DNA of 64,000 bases from Candidatus Zhuqueibacterota bacterium (GCA_034505795.1 JAPDQM010000003.1:12557-76556); one strand, 5' to 3'; shown: positions 10,480-20,127, counted from the first letter of the stretch. Numbers and translations are program-made. The notes: a model not told the origin generated them from the sequence alone.

Positions 10480-13400
10480 ATGAAATTCATTGCTGATTTA
10501 CATATTCACTCTCATTATTCCAGAGCCACGAGCCGAGATCTGACGTTTGAGCAGTTGTACCGCTGGGCACAGCTAAAGGGCATTCAGGTGGTTGCCAGCG
10601 GTGATATCACGCACCCTGGCTGGCTGGATGAAATCAAAACCAAATTGGAGCCCGCCGAGCCGGGGTTCTTTCGTTTGAAGGCGGAATATGCACGCCCTAT
10701 GAATGCTACCATCCCGGCGGCATGTCAAAGTGAGGTTCGCTTTGTGCTGTCGGGCGAAATTAGCAATATTTACAAAAAGGGCGATCACGTCCGCAAAATT
10801 CATAATGTCGTCTTTTTTCCCTCGATTGAGGTGGCCCAAAAATTTCAGGTAACATTGGAAAAAATCGGCAATATCCGCTCCGACGGCCGACCCATCCTGG
10901 GACTCGATGCTCGAGACCTGCTGGAATTGGTGCTGCAATCGCATGAATGGTCATTTCTGATTCCGGCTCATATCTGGACACCCTGGTTTTCCGTGCTGGG
11001 GTCAAAATCGGGCTTCGATTCCATTGCGGATTGCTTTGCTGACTTGACGCCGCAGATCTTCGCGCTGGAAACCGGTCTCTCATCAGATCCGCCGATGAAT
11101 TGGATGCTGTCCCAACTGGATCGATTCACCCTGGTTTCCAATTCGGACGCCCATTCCCCCGCAAAGCTGGGGCGAGAGGCAAATTTATTCGATTGCGAGT
11201 TCTCGTTTTCAGGCATGCTGGCGGCAATGAAGGATCAAAATGCTAAACAATTTTTGGGCACGATCGAATTTTTCCCGGAAGAGGGCAAGTACCATCTGGA
11301 TGGACACCGGAACTGCCAGGTGCGGCTAACGCCGGCGGAGACTGCCAGCCATCAGGGTCTCTGTCCCGTCTGCGGCAAGAAGGTAACCGTCGGCGTCTTG
11401 AATCGAGTAGAAGCATTGGCAGATCGACCGTTCGGCGCCCAACCGCCTACTGCAAAGCCTTATTATAGCCTGATACCGCTGCCGGAAGTTCTGGCCGAAA
11501 TATCCGGTGTCGGCGTGGGCACCAAAGCGGTAGCTACAAGATTGGAAAAGCTGCTCCGGCAGTTTGGTTCGGAAATAAATATCCTCACCGAAATTCCGCT
11601 TATCGAACTGCAACGAGCTGGAGGAAGCTTATTGGCTGAGGGAATTCGTCGCATGCGTCAGAAAGAAGTACAGATTGCCGCCGGCTATGATGGTGAATTT
11701 GGCATCATTAAACTATTTTCGGACGATGAGCGGCGACAGTTTTCAGCCCAGCCGATCTTTTTTAATGATGATAATTCGGTGCTGCCAGGCGCAATCGAGC
11801 AACCAGTGCCGTCAGTGATGAAAGATCAGGAATTCGCTTATGGTCAGTCCCAATCTCCGGGGGATCTTTCTTCGGATGCGGTGATTACGACACAGTCAGA
11901 ACCCGATGATGAAGGCGAAACTGGCCTCAATCGTCGGCAGCAGGAAGCGGTGGAATATGTCGGAACGTCTTTGTTAATTGCTGCTGGTCCCGGCACTGGC
12001 AAAACGCATACCCTCACCCAGCGTATTGCCTTTTGGATTCAAAACAAAGGCGTGCCGCCAGATCAGGTGCTGGCAATTACTTTTACCAACCGTGCCGCCC
12101 AGGAGATGCGGGAGCGATTGCAAGCGATTCTCGACAAAGCAGTTGCCGAAGCCGTTACCATTAAAACGTTCCACGCTCTGGGGGCCTCCATCTTGAGGCA
12201 GGAGGCGGAGCGGCTGAATTATCCATCCTCATTTTTGATCTACGGAGAAAATGATGTTGTAAGCGTCTTAAAAATGATCGCTCCGACACTTGGGCTGAAA
12301 GAAATTCGGTCGCTGGCCGATCAAATTTCTCGATTCAAAAACAGTTTTTCCTTTTGCAGTTCTGAAAACAGAGCAGCCTCGTCAAGCCAAGAGCAATTCA
12401 ACTCCTGGTACGAACAATATCAGCAGATGCTGCAGGCACAGCAATCTTTTGACTATGATGATTTGATTTTGATGCCCATTCGTCTGTTTCAAGAGTATCC
12501 GGCAATTCAACAAAAATATCAGCAACGATTTCAATGGATTTTCGTTGATGAATTTCAGGACATTAATCAGCCTCAATATGAATTGCTGAAATTGCTAACG
12601 ACGTCGGCGACTCACATCTGTGCGATTGGCGATCCCGACCAGGCGATCTATGGCTTTCGCGGCTCCGATCGGCGCTTCTTCCGGCAATTTGAACAGGATT
12701 TTCCAAATTGCCGCGTTATTAGGCTGGAGAAGAACTATCGCTCAGTGTCGACTATTCTTAAGGCCTCCACTCAAGTGATTTCCAAAAATCCCGATCATCA
12801 GCCATATAATTTGTGGTCGCCCCTGGTCTCACGAACGCGAATCGACATCTTTCAGACGCCGACCGAAAAGGCCGAGGCCGAGACCATTGTGCATCAGATC
12901 GAGAAGATGATGGGCGCCACCAGTTTCTTTTCGGTGGATTCTGGTCGTGCGGGTGACGAGGAGTCCCAAAGCTGCGCCGGGTTCTCGGAAATCGCGGTGT
13001 TGTACCGGTTGGGCGCTCAGGTTGCCGCATTGGAAGAGGCCTTTCTTCGCGCCGGGATTCCTTACCAGACGCTCGGCGAACAGCCGTTTTATGAAATCCC
13101 CGAAGTGAAAGAAATCATTTCGTTTCTAAAGGTATTCCAACATCCACGGGCGGACTGGGATCTGCAGCGGGTAATTCACATCGCGCCAACTGGCATTGGC
13201 GAACCGACCCTACGATCACTGGTGAGCTACCAGCGCAGCAATGCGCTTTCGCTTTGGGAGGCGATGCAACGCTGTCGTCAAATTGCGCCGCTAAGCGAAG
13301 TTCAGAAGCAACCGATCGAACGTTGGGTTAGCCGCATGAAAGAGGTCATGGCTTTGGTTCCCCATGCTCCGGTCGGCGACATTATCGAGCGGATATTGAC

Positions 13401-13908
13401 GCAATTCGGCCTACTCTCATATTATAAAAATGACCGCCGGCGGCAATATTACTGGCAACTCCTGTTGCAAAATGCCAATGCCGCGCCGATGAATTTGACA
13501 GAGTTTTTAGATCAAATTGCTCTGCAAAAAGAGACCGATGTCCACAATCCGCGAGCCGAAAAAGTTACTTTGCTTACGCTTCATGCCGCCAAAGGCCTGG
13601 AGTTCCCCATCGTTTTTATTGCCGGCTGTGAGGAAGGGTTGATTCCCTATCGCCACCCGCAGGCTCCTGCTAATGACATTGAGGAAGAGCGGCGGTTGTT
13701 CTACGTCGGAATGACCCGCGCCAAGCAGCGTTTGATTCTTTTGCACACCAAAAGCCGCTTTTTGTTTGGGGAACGTAAAAACAATCGGCCTTCGCGATTT
13801 TTATTTGATATCGAAGAGGCACTGAAACAACAACGCCAGGCACAGCTCAAGGAGCGATCTCGCGAAAATGAGCTGCCGGCGATGGATTCACAATTAAAAC
13901 TGTTCTGA
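10480..13908 (+). CDS. PHP-domain (phosphoesterase) fused to a UvrD/PcrA-family SF1 DNA helicase, 1142 aa
   Basis: N-terminal PHP motifs (IADLHIHSHYS, HIWTPWF, SNSDAHSP). Zn-ribbon-like CQVRLTPAE..CPVCGKK and an HhH-like segment follow. An acidic linker leads into helicase motifs I (AAGPGTGKTHTL), II (FVDEFQDIN), IV (KNYRSV) and V/VI (LLTLHAAKGLEFPIVFIAG...VGMTRAK). Confidence 0.85.
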   Translation: MKFIADLHIHSHYSRATSRDLTFEQLYRWAQLKGIQVVASGDITHPGWLDEIKTKLEPAEPGFFRLKAEYARPMNATIPAACQSEVRFVLSGEISNIYKKGDHVRKIHNVVFFPSIEVAQKFQVTLEKIGNIRSDGRPILGLDARDLLELVLQSHEWSFLIPAHIWTPWFSVLGSKSGFDSIADCFADLTPQIFALETGLSSDPPMNWMLSQLDRFTLVSNSDAHSPAKLGREANLFDCEFSFSGMLAAMKDQNAKQFLGTIEFFPEEGKYHLDGHRNCQVRLTPAETASHQGLCPVCGKKVTVGVLNRVEALADRPFGAQPPTAKPYYSLIPLPEVLAEISGVGVGTKAVATRLEKLLRQFGSEINILTEIPLIELQRAGGSLLAEGIRRMRQKEVQIAAGYDGEFGIIKLFSDDERRQFSAQPIFFNDDNSVLPGAIEQPVPSVMKDQEFAYGQSQSPGDLSSDAVITTQSEPDDEGETGLNRRQQEAVEYVGTSLLIAAGPGTGKTHTLTQRIAFWIQNKGVPPDQVLAITFTNRAAQEMRERLQAILDKAVAEAVTIKTFHALGASILRQEAERLNYPSSFLIYGENDVVSVLKMIAPTLGLKEIRSLADQISRFKNSFSFCSSENRAASSSQEQFNSWYEQYQQMLQAQQSFDYDDLILMPIRLFQEYPAIQQKYQQRFQWIFVDEFQDINQPQYELLKLLTTSATHICAIGDPDQAIYGFRGSDRRFFRQFEQDFPNCRVIRLEKNYRSVSTILKASTQVISKNPDHQPYNLWSPLVSRTRIDIFQTPTEKAEAETIVHQIEKMMGATSFFSVDSGRAGDEESQSCAGFSEIAVLYRLGAQVAALEEAFLRAGIPYQTLGEQPFYEIPEVKEIISFLKVFQHPRADWDLQRVIHIAPTGIGEPTLRSLVSYQRSNALSLWEAMQRCRQIAPLSEVQKQPIERWVSRMKEVMALVPHAPVGDIIERILTQFGLLSYYKNDRRRQYYWQLLLQNANAAPMNLTEFLDQIALQKETDVHNPRAEKVTLLTLHAAKGLEFPIVFIAGCEEGLIPYRHPQAPANDIEEERRLFYVGMTRAKQRLILLHTKSRFLFGERKNNRPSRFLFDIEEALKQQRQAQLKERSRENELPAMDSQLKLF

Positions 13909-13980
13909 TGTGAGCACGCGCGGCCTCGCCGACCAAGGGCGCCGCAGCGGTAATAGATTGGCACCAACAAGGGAGACCGA

Positions 13981-14712
13981 ATGATGCGCCAGATCACAGC
14001 TCAATGGTATTTAGAATTGTTTGAAAAATTGGGCCGAAACTATCTGGCCTACCCCTTCACACGCGGAACGGTGCAGGAGGTGGATTTTATGGTGCAGTTG
14101 CTGCAACTTACGGCTGGACAGCGAATCCTTGATGTGGGGTGTGGGCCTGGCCGTCATGCCATTGAATTGGCGCGGCGAGGTCTTTTGGTCACGGGACTGG
14201 ATTTTTCACCCCGCATGATTGCACTGGCCTGCGAACAGGCCGCGGCGGCGGGGGTTGAGGTCGAATTTGTTCATGGCGATGCCCGTACTGTGCAATTTCC
14301 GCTGTACTATGATGCTGCATTTTCACTTTGCGAGGGCGCATTTGGTATCATGAATAGTGATGTCGAAAATACAGCTATATTAACGAATATGTATGCATCG
14401 CTGAAAAGCCACGGCAAGTTATTGCTGAATGTTTTGAATGCCTCCTACATTTTTCGCCATCCGGAGCAGGACTCCTATTTTGATCCCAAGACCTGTATGG
14501 GCTATTGGACCGAAAAAATTATCAATGAAAATGGCCAACCAGAGGAGTTGCACTGTTCAAATCGGTACTATACCTTTTCCGAGATCAAATTGATTCTGGA
14601 AACAATCGGTTTTGATGTTATTGATGGTTATGGCTGTCAGGCGGGAAATTTTCAGCGGCGCGGCATCGAGTTGGATGATTTTGAAATTCTGGTGTATGCG
14701 CAAAAGCCCTAA
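13981..14712 (+). CDS. class I SAM-dependent methyltransferase (small-molecule type)
   Basis: Motif I ILDVGCGPGRHAIELARRG with post-I acidic LDFS. No DNA-methyltransferase DPPY/NPPY motif. Confidence 0.8.
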   Translation: MMRQITAQWYLELFEKLGRNYLAYPFTRGTVQEVDFMVQLLQLTAGQRILDVGCGPGRHAIELARRGLLVTGLDFSPRMIALACEQAAAAGVEVEFVHGDARTVQFPLYYDAAFSLCEGAFGIMNSDVENTAILTNMYASLKSHGKLLLNVLNASYIFRHPEQDSYFDPKTCMGYWTEKIINENGQPEELHCSNRYYTFSEIKLILETIGFDVIDGYGCQAGNFQRRGIELDDFEILVYAQKP

Positions 14713-15251
14713 ATCCTTTCAGGGGCGAGCTGGAATTGGCGGTGATACAGATTATGTCTCCACGTCGCGGCTCATCATGGAATTGGGAATATTATTTTGC
14801 GGGTGACGGTATGGATGAAATTTGTCGAAAAAAAAATTAAATACTATCGACTCCTTGCTATTGATTAATTAAACCGCTTTTTTTTGATTAGATGCTGGTC
14901 AACCGAATATCTCGCCAAGGATTGGAGCGGTCGGTTTTTTTTCTTGCAATATTCCTGCAAATAACCTATATTAGCGCTGCAAATTAAAATATCTAAGTTA
15001 AGCCTGTTGCCCTGACGAGATGAAAAGGCGATGGCGACAGTTTGAATGATTTCCGACGGTGCCTGGCACGAAACGATTGAATGCCATTGAAAATCTCGAT
15101 AAATTATCAGATTAATGGGATCCGATTGTTGGTGCTGCGGCCGTCGAATTTTCAGAATGTAATCAGGATGACCTCGCATCATTCGAAGGCCAATTGAATC
15201 TATTAATTATAGAAATTTCGATGTGCGACCGGGTGAAATACAGATAAAACT

Positions 15252-16277
15252 ATGGCGCAGACGCAACAGACAAAAAAGGCGCTGACATACGCCGCTGCGA
15301 TCGATCAACTCAATAAAGGAGTGTTGGCGAACGCCTATTTTATTTTCGGCGAAGAAAAATATCTGCACGATGAATTGATCGATCGCATCATTAAAATCGC
15401 AGTCAATCCAGCCACTCGCGATTTCAATTTGGACCTATTTTATGCCAATGATGTCGAAATCGAGCGGGTGATCCAGGTGGTTCGCTCATACCCCATGATG
15501 GACAACCGGCGATTGGTTATTATCAAAGACATCCAGGATTTTAAGCCGTTAGCTTTGAAACATTTGGTGAATTACGTTGCCAGCCCTTCGGCGACCTCCT
15601 GCCTGATAATGACCATGGCGGATAAATTGCGCTCGAATAAAACGCTGGCCCTGCTGGCCGCGCAGGCGACAGCCATAGACTGTCGATCGCTTTATGACAA
15701 CGAAGTGGCAGGATGGATCCAAAATTATTTGAAAGACAAGAAACTGGAGATCGAGATGCCGGCCATAGCATTGTTGCAGGCACAGATCGGGAATTCCTTG
15801 CAAAACCTGGTCAATGAAATCGAAAAAATTCAGATCAATATTTTGCCGCGCAATCGGATCACGGCAGCCGATGTCGAGAATGTCTCCAGCATATCCAAGC
15901 AATACAATGTATTCGAGCTCTGCAATGCTGTCGGGGAGCGGCACCTGGCCCGAGGATTAACGATCTTGCAGCGTCTGCTCCAGCAAGGTGATGAACCCAC
16001 AGGAATTATCATTCAGCTTGTGCGGCACTTTGTTAATTTGCTGAAGGTGCGGGAGTGCGTAGCGCAGGGAAAACGAACGCCAGGGGAGTTAGCAGCGGTG
16101 ACAGGACTGGCCAATTACTTTGTAAATGATCTGCTGCGTCAGGTAAAGAATTTCACGCCAGAGCAACTCAGAATGGCATTTCATTTACTGAGCGAGGCCG
16201 ATTATCATTTAAAAACAGGCTATCAGCGTGGTCATGTGGTCATGGAGCTGCTACTTTATAAACTCATTCATAATTGA
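15252..16277 (+). CDS. holA: DNA polymerase III delta subunit
   Basis: HolA-like N-terminus (AYFIFGEEKYL...) and overall length and shape. Confidence 0.75.
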   Translation: MAQTQQTKKALTYAAAIDQLNKGVLANAYFIFGEEKYLHDELIDRIIKIAVNPATRDFNLDLFYANDVEIERVIQVVRSYPMMDNRRLVIIKDIQDFKPLALKHLVNYVASPSATSCLIMTMADKLRSNKTLALLAAQATAIDCRSLYDNEVAGWIQNYLKDKKLEIEMPAIALLQAQIGNSLQNLVNEIEKIQINILPRNRITAADVENVSSISKQYNVFELCNAVGERHLARGLTILQRLLQQGDEPTGIIIQLVRHFVNLLKVRECVAQGKRTPGELAAVTGLANYFVNDLLRQVKNFTPEQLRMAFHLLSEADYHLKTGYQRGHVVMELLLYKLIHN

Positions 16278-16351
16278 CATTTTTTTCAACTTGAAATGTT
16301 CGGGAACTTTTGATTCTAGGACTGTGTTAAAAACTGTGGTAGGTTAAGCGA

Positions 16352-16936
16352 ATGGAAGAAGAAAAGGGTGTAAAACCTACAGATGAAGATTTAATTGAAC
16401 GATTCCAGAATGGTGATTTGTACGCTTTCGACCTTATCGTCAAGCGCTATAAAAACCAATTGATGAATTTTGTATATCGTTTCCTCGGGAATGCCGAGGA
16501 AGCCGAGGATTTGGTTCAAGAAACGTTTCTTCGAGTCTATCGCAATCGAAGGGCGTACCAGAAAGTGGCCAAGTTTTCTACGTGGATTTATACCATTGCT
16601 GGCAATTTAGCAAAAACAGAACTCAGAAAACGGAAAAGGAGGAAATTTTTCTCGATCTCAGACCTGGGGTATAATGAGAAAGATTACGACATCTCCGATG
16701 AGGCGTTCAATCCTGAGAAAGATGTAGATAGTCGCATGAAAGAGGAAATCATTCATCGTGAGATTAATGATCTTTCGCCGAAGTTCCGCGAGGTCATCTT
16801 GCTCCGGGATGTGCAACAGCTTTCTTATGAAGAAATTAGTCAGATAGTCGATATTCCGCTAGGTACGGTAAAGTCGCGTGTGAATCGTGGTCGACTGAAA
16901 TTGCAAGAGCGGTTGAAAAGTCTCTTAGAGCGTTAG
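16352..16936 (+). CDS. ECF-type RNA polymerase sigma factor (sigma-70 family group 4)
   Basis: Region 2 (EDLVQETFLRVYRNR...FSTWIYTIAGN) and region 4 (LSYEEISQIVDIPLGTVKSRVNRGRLKL). Confidence 0.9.
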   Translation: MEEEKGVKPTDEDLIERFQNGDLYAFDLIVKRYKNQLMNFVYRFLGNAEEAEDLVQETFLRVYRNRRAYQKVAKFSTWIYTIAGNLAKTELRKRKRRKFFSISDLGYNEKDYDISDEAFNPEKDVDSRMKEEIIHREINDLSPKFREVILLRDVQQLSYEEISQIVDIPLGTVKSRVNRGRLKLQERLKSLLER

Positions 16937-17080
16937 CATTCGATCCTTTTAGATGATAAACAATTGTTGCTGAGGTGAGGGTATCTAAATATCAAATGAA
17001 TATGGAGTGCCAGAAGTGGCTGGCATGATGATGGTGTTGGAGCAAAAATTATTAGAACCCTAAAATCTTGAGGAAAGAAA

Positions 17081-17683
17081 ATGGATAGTTGTCAACGGTT
17101 CAAAGAGTTGATGTCTGACTATATCGAGGGAGGCCTTGATCCGCAGAGCAAGCAGGAGATGGAGCATCACTTCAAAGAGTGTTTGCGATGCGCCAGCACA
17201 ACGGAAGAACTGCGCAGCCTGATTCAGGAGCTGAAGGCGTTGCCGCAGGTAACAGTCTCTCCTGATTTTGAAACTATCTTACGCGCCCGAATTCGATTAG
17301 AGAATGGTCTGGTGCGCCGACAGCAGGAACGTTTTTTCGCTTCATGGAAATTTCGCGTGCCAGCTTTTTCTGCGGCGATGGTAGTGATTTTGTTAGCCGC
17401 ACTAACCGTCTTTTCGCAACTGAACCGCCAACGTCAATTATATCCTCCAGATGCGTATGTCAATCCCGAATATTATGGAGGTCGCTATCAGCAGGTTGAT
17501 TCGGTGAATGTGCTTTTTTATTTTCTCGAAAAACAACCGGCGACTCGGATCACTACCCAAAATCCGATTCAGGTCAGCGGTGGGGCGTATCGGCAATTCG
17601 ACCGGAATTCTGCGATGGATTCCAGCCGCTCGATTGCTACCCGAGCCAGCGTGATCGACAGGAGAGCCGAGATCGTTTATTGA
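17081..17683 (+). CDS. anti-sigma factor (zinc-binding ZAS type) with a single TM helix
   Basis: HxxxCxxC (HHFKECLRC) near the N-terminus, a TM segment (FSAAMVVILLAALTVF), and position directly downstream of the ECF sigma gene. Confidence 0.7.
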   Translation: MDSCQRFKELMSDYIEGGLDPQSKQEMEHHFKECLRCASTTEELRSLIQELKALPQVTVSPDFETILRARIRLENGLVRRQQERFFASWKFRVPAFSAAMVVILLAALTVFSQLNRQRQLYPPDAYVNPEYYGGRYQQVDSVNVLFYFLEKQPATRITTQNPIQVSGGAYRQFDRNSAMDSSRSIATRASVIDRRAEIVY

Positions 17684-17833
17684 TGGCATTATTGATTTGT
17701 ATTTCCTTTAGGTTTTATCTGATTGTGAAAACATAATACAATTTTCTAAACCCTGGGTTAATGTATGTGCTGCTTTGGTACTGCTTCATTAACTCAGGGT
17801 TTAGGCTATTTGCAGAGTAAATTTTAGATTTGT

Positions 17834-19069
17834 ATGAAAAAGCTACTAATCTTTGTTTTCATAGCTATCATCAATGTAGCGAATTGGGTTTCACCGACAT
17901 TTTCTCAAAATGCTTCACTGCTGGAGAAATTGCAGGCAGAAATTTCAGCACTGATAGATTTCACCAAATTGTCGGTAGTCACTGTTTCGGCCAAATCGTC
18001 TCATTCGTATTTGGTCGATCGAGACGAGGGATTGCTGTCTTTTTTAAAGGATAGCCGCCAGGAAAAAAAAGATAACCTCTGGACTATCGGTTCCGGAATC
18101 ATTTACAATGCAGATGGTTATATCATCACCCGCGGCAGTATCCTGGCAGAATTCGAAAGCATTCGGGTTACCCTGTGGGATGGTCGTGAATGTGACGCCG
18201 AATATATTGGTATCGATGAAAATACTGGCCTTGCGGTATTAAAAATTGCGGCTGAAAATATCAAGCCTGCCACCTTCGGTGATTCTGATCGTGTATCGCT
18301 GTACTCGCTGGTGATGGTATTAGGCAATTCCATGGGAATCTCGCCATTTGCCTCTTTTGGACTGATTAATGGCTATACCGCCGATGGCATTTTTATTTTC
18401 TCCGCGCCGGTGAATCCTGGGAATATTGGGGGCCCTGTCTTCAACCTCAAGGGTGAAATCATTGGCATTGTAACTGCTCAATTGGAGACCGATGCCGCCG
18501 CTCTGGCGCCTAAATATCTTGATTATGGTCGGCAGACGGGGTTAGCATTACCGATGAATCAGGTTTGGCAAATGGTGAATGAGGTCATTCAGATGCATCG
18601 GGAACAAAAGGGCTGGCTGGGCGTCGAATTCGATCCAGATTCCATTCGCAATAATAGCCTGGTAGTAAAGGACGTAAAGGCAGGATCCCCCGCCGCGCGA
18701 GTTGGCTTGAAAAAAGGCGATCGTTTGCTTCAATTCAATGAATCGGATCTGGCCACAATTGAGGTTGCGCGAACGCTCATTGAACAAACCAAGCCTGGGA
18801 CGCATGTCTCGATCAATTTTATCCGTGACAATCGGCAACTCAAGGTTTTTCCGTGCATCGAGAAAAAGTGGCCGCTTGGCTTTAATGCACAAAAACCCCA
18901 TCATCTTTCTTCCCGGCCGGCAGGTCAGACCAGCGAAGCTACACCGCCCTATCCCATAATTCTTTCTCCGGCGCGCTTCCAGCAGATGAACTCGCGCATG
19001 ATTCAGATGGAAAACGAGATTAGAAGTCTTAAGAACCAATTGCAGCAAGCATCGCCAAAGCTGCCATAG
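17834..19069 (+). CDS. HtrA/DegP-like trypsin-fold protein with a PDZ domain and a substituted catalytic triad (likely pseudo-protease)
   Basis: Aligns with the active htrA paralog at 47968. The His, Asp and Ser positions read TRGSIL, TGLAVLKI and GNIGGPV, against TNEHVV, SDIALLKI and GNSGGPL in the active copy. Confidence 0.7.
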   Translation: MKKLLIFVFIAIINVANWVSPTFSQNASLLEKLQAEISALIDFTKLSVVTVSAKSSHSYLVDRDEGLLSFLKDSRQEKKDNLWTIGSGIIYNADGYIITRGSILAEFESIRVTLWDGRECDAEYIGIDENTGLAVLKIAAENIKPATFGDSDRVSLYSLVMVLGNSMGISPFASFGLINGYTADGIFIFSAPVNPGNIGGPVFNLKGEIIGIVTAQLETDAAALAPKYLDYGRQTGLALPMNQVWQMVNEVIQMHREQKGWLGVEFDPDSIRNNSLVVKDVKAGSPAARVGLKKGDRLLQFNESDLATIEVARTLIEQTKPGTHVSINFIRDNRQLKVFPCIEKKWPLGFNAQKPHHLSSRPAGQTSEATPPYPIILSPARFQQMNSRMIQMENEIRSLKNQLQQASPKLP

Positions 19070-19239
19070 AAGTAACCTGCCAGGTCGCTTCCTCAAACCG
19101 ATGCCACATGAACATATCCCGGCAATTAGTTAGCGGCGCAAAGACAATAGAAATTTTAATTGACTTTTTCATATTTTTTGTTAAATTAGGGGGCTAAAAT
19201 TTTGAACAATGATGGTTATAATTCTGATGGAGGATAATC

Positions 19240-19437
19240 ATGGCTAAAGATCGAAGTTTTGTAGCGAAACTTGCCAAAGGCACAAAGGAAGCCTTGAAAG
19301 CCAGACAGTGCCCTAAATGCGGCGAAGTGGCAACGGTCGTCAAACTGGTGGATTCCGAAAAGAATGCCTCCACCTGGCGCTTTAAGGAAAAATTTGTTCT
19401 CGTTTGCAAATGCAATGAAAAAGAAGTATATGCTTAG
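19240..19437 (+). CDS. small zinc-ribbon-like protein (65 aa, CPKC...CKC)
   Basis: Four Cys arranged CxxC-(33)-CxC. GGAGG RBS 6 nt upstream. Confidence 0.4.
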   Translation: MAKDRSFVAKLAKGTKEALKARQCPKCGEVATVVKLVDSEKNASTWRFKEKFVLVCKCNEKEVYA

Positions 19438-19524
19438 TGCACTCCCAATTCAAGCGCCGCTGCGTTGAGTTGAAGGTACGCTGACGTGACGTTGAAGACA
19501 TTTTACCAAACATGAGAGAATCCA

Positions 19525-20127
19525 TTGAAGCTGGTTCTGGCCACTCGTAATGCTGATAAGGTGAGAGAGATCTGTGCCGCGCTCGAGGGGCTGGCACTGG
19601 AAGTGCTCACCCTTGATCAGTTTCCCCAGGTTCCTGACCTGATTGAGGATGGCCAAACGCTGGCTGAGAATGCAATTAAAAAAGCTCGAACTGTCTATGA
19701 ATTTACCCGCATGTTATCCCTGGCAGATGACACGGGCCTGGAGGTAGATTTTTTGGATGGTGCGCCAGGCGTTTATTCCAGTCGCTTTGCTGGCCCTGGT
19801 GCCACCTATGATGACAATGTTCAAAAATTATTGCAGCGGCTGCGCAAGGTTCCTCATGAGCAGCGAACCGCACGTTTCCGTTGTGTCATCGCGTTCGTTG
19901 GGCCGGAGGTGGAGCAGCTTGTGGAAGGTGTTTGTGAGGGTATAATTCTGGAACAGAAGCGCGGCCAGGGTGGATTCGGTTATGATCCCGTTTTTTATGT
20001 TCCACAACTTAGCCAGACCTTTGCTGAAATGCCCCTGGCAGTCAAAAATAAAATTAGCCATCGCGGTATTGCCTTGCAAAAAGCCCGTGCGCTTCTGGAG
20101 GAATGGCTTGCATCTTCACAGCGATAG
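19525..20127 (+). CDS. rdgB: non-canonical purine NTP pyrophosphatase (RdgB/HAM1 family), TTG start
   Basis: KLVLATRNADKVREI, SLADDTGLEVDFLDGAPGVYSSRFAG, GFGYDPVF. Confidence 0.85.
   Translation: MKLVLATRNADKVREICAALEGLALEVLTLDQFPQVPDLIEDGQTLAENAIKKARTVYEFTRMLSLADDTGLEVDFLDGAPGVYSSRFAGPGATYDDNVQKLLQRLRKVPHEQRTARFRCVIAFVGPEVEQLVEGVCEGIILEQKRGQGGFGYDPVFYVPQLSQTFAEMPLAVKNKISHRGIALQKARALLEEWLASSQR

Noticed and set aside
13909-13980. GC-rich segment between the helicase and the methyltransferase as a terminator
   Set aside because: No clean stem-loop with a T-tract. The two genes are probably co-transcribed.
14865-15182. 105-aa minus-strand ORF in the spacer upstream of holA
   Set aside because: No RBS and no motifs. 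It lies in a probable promoter region and is likely spurious.
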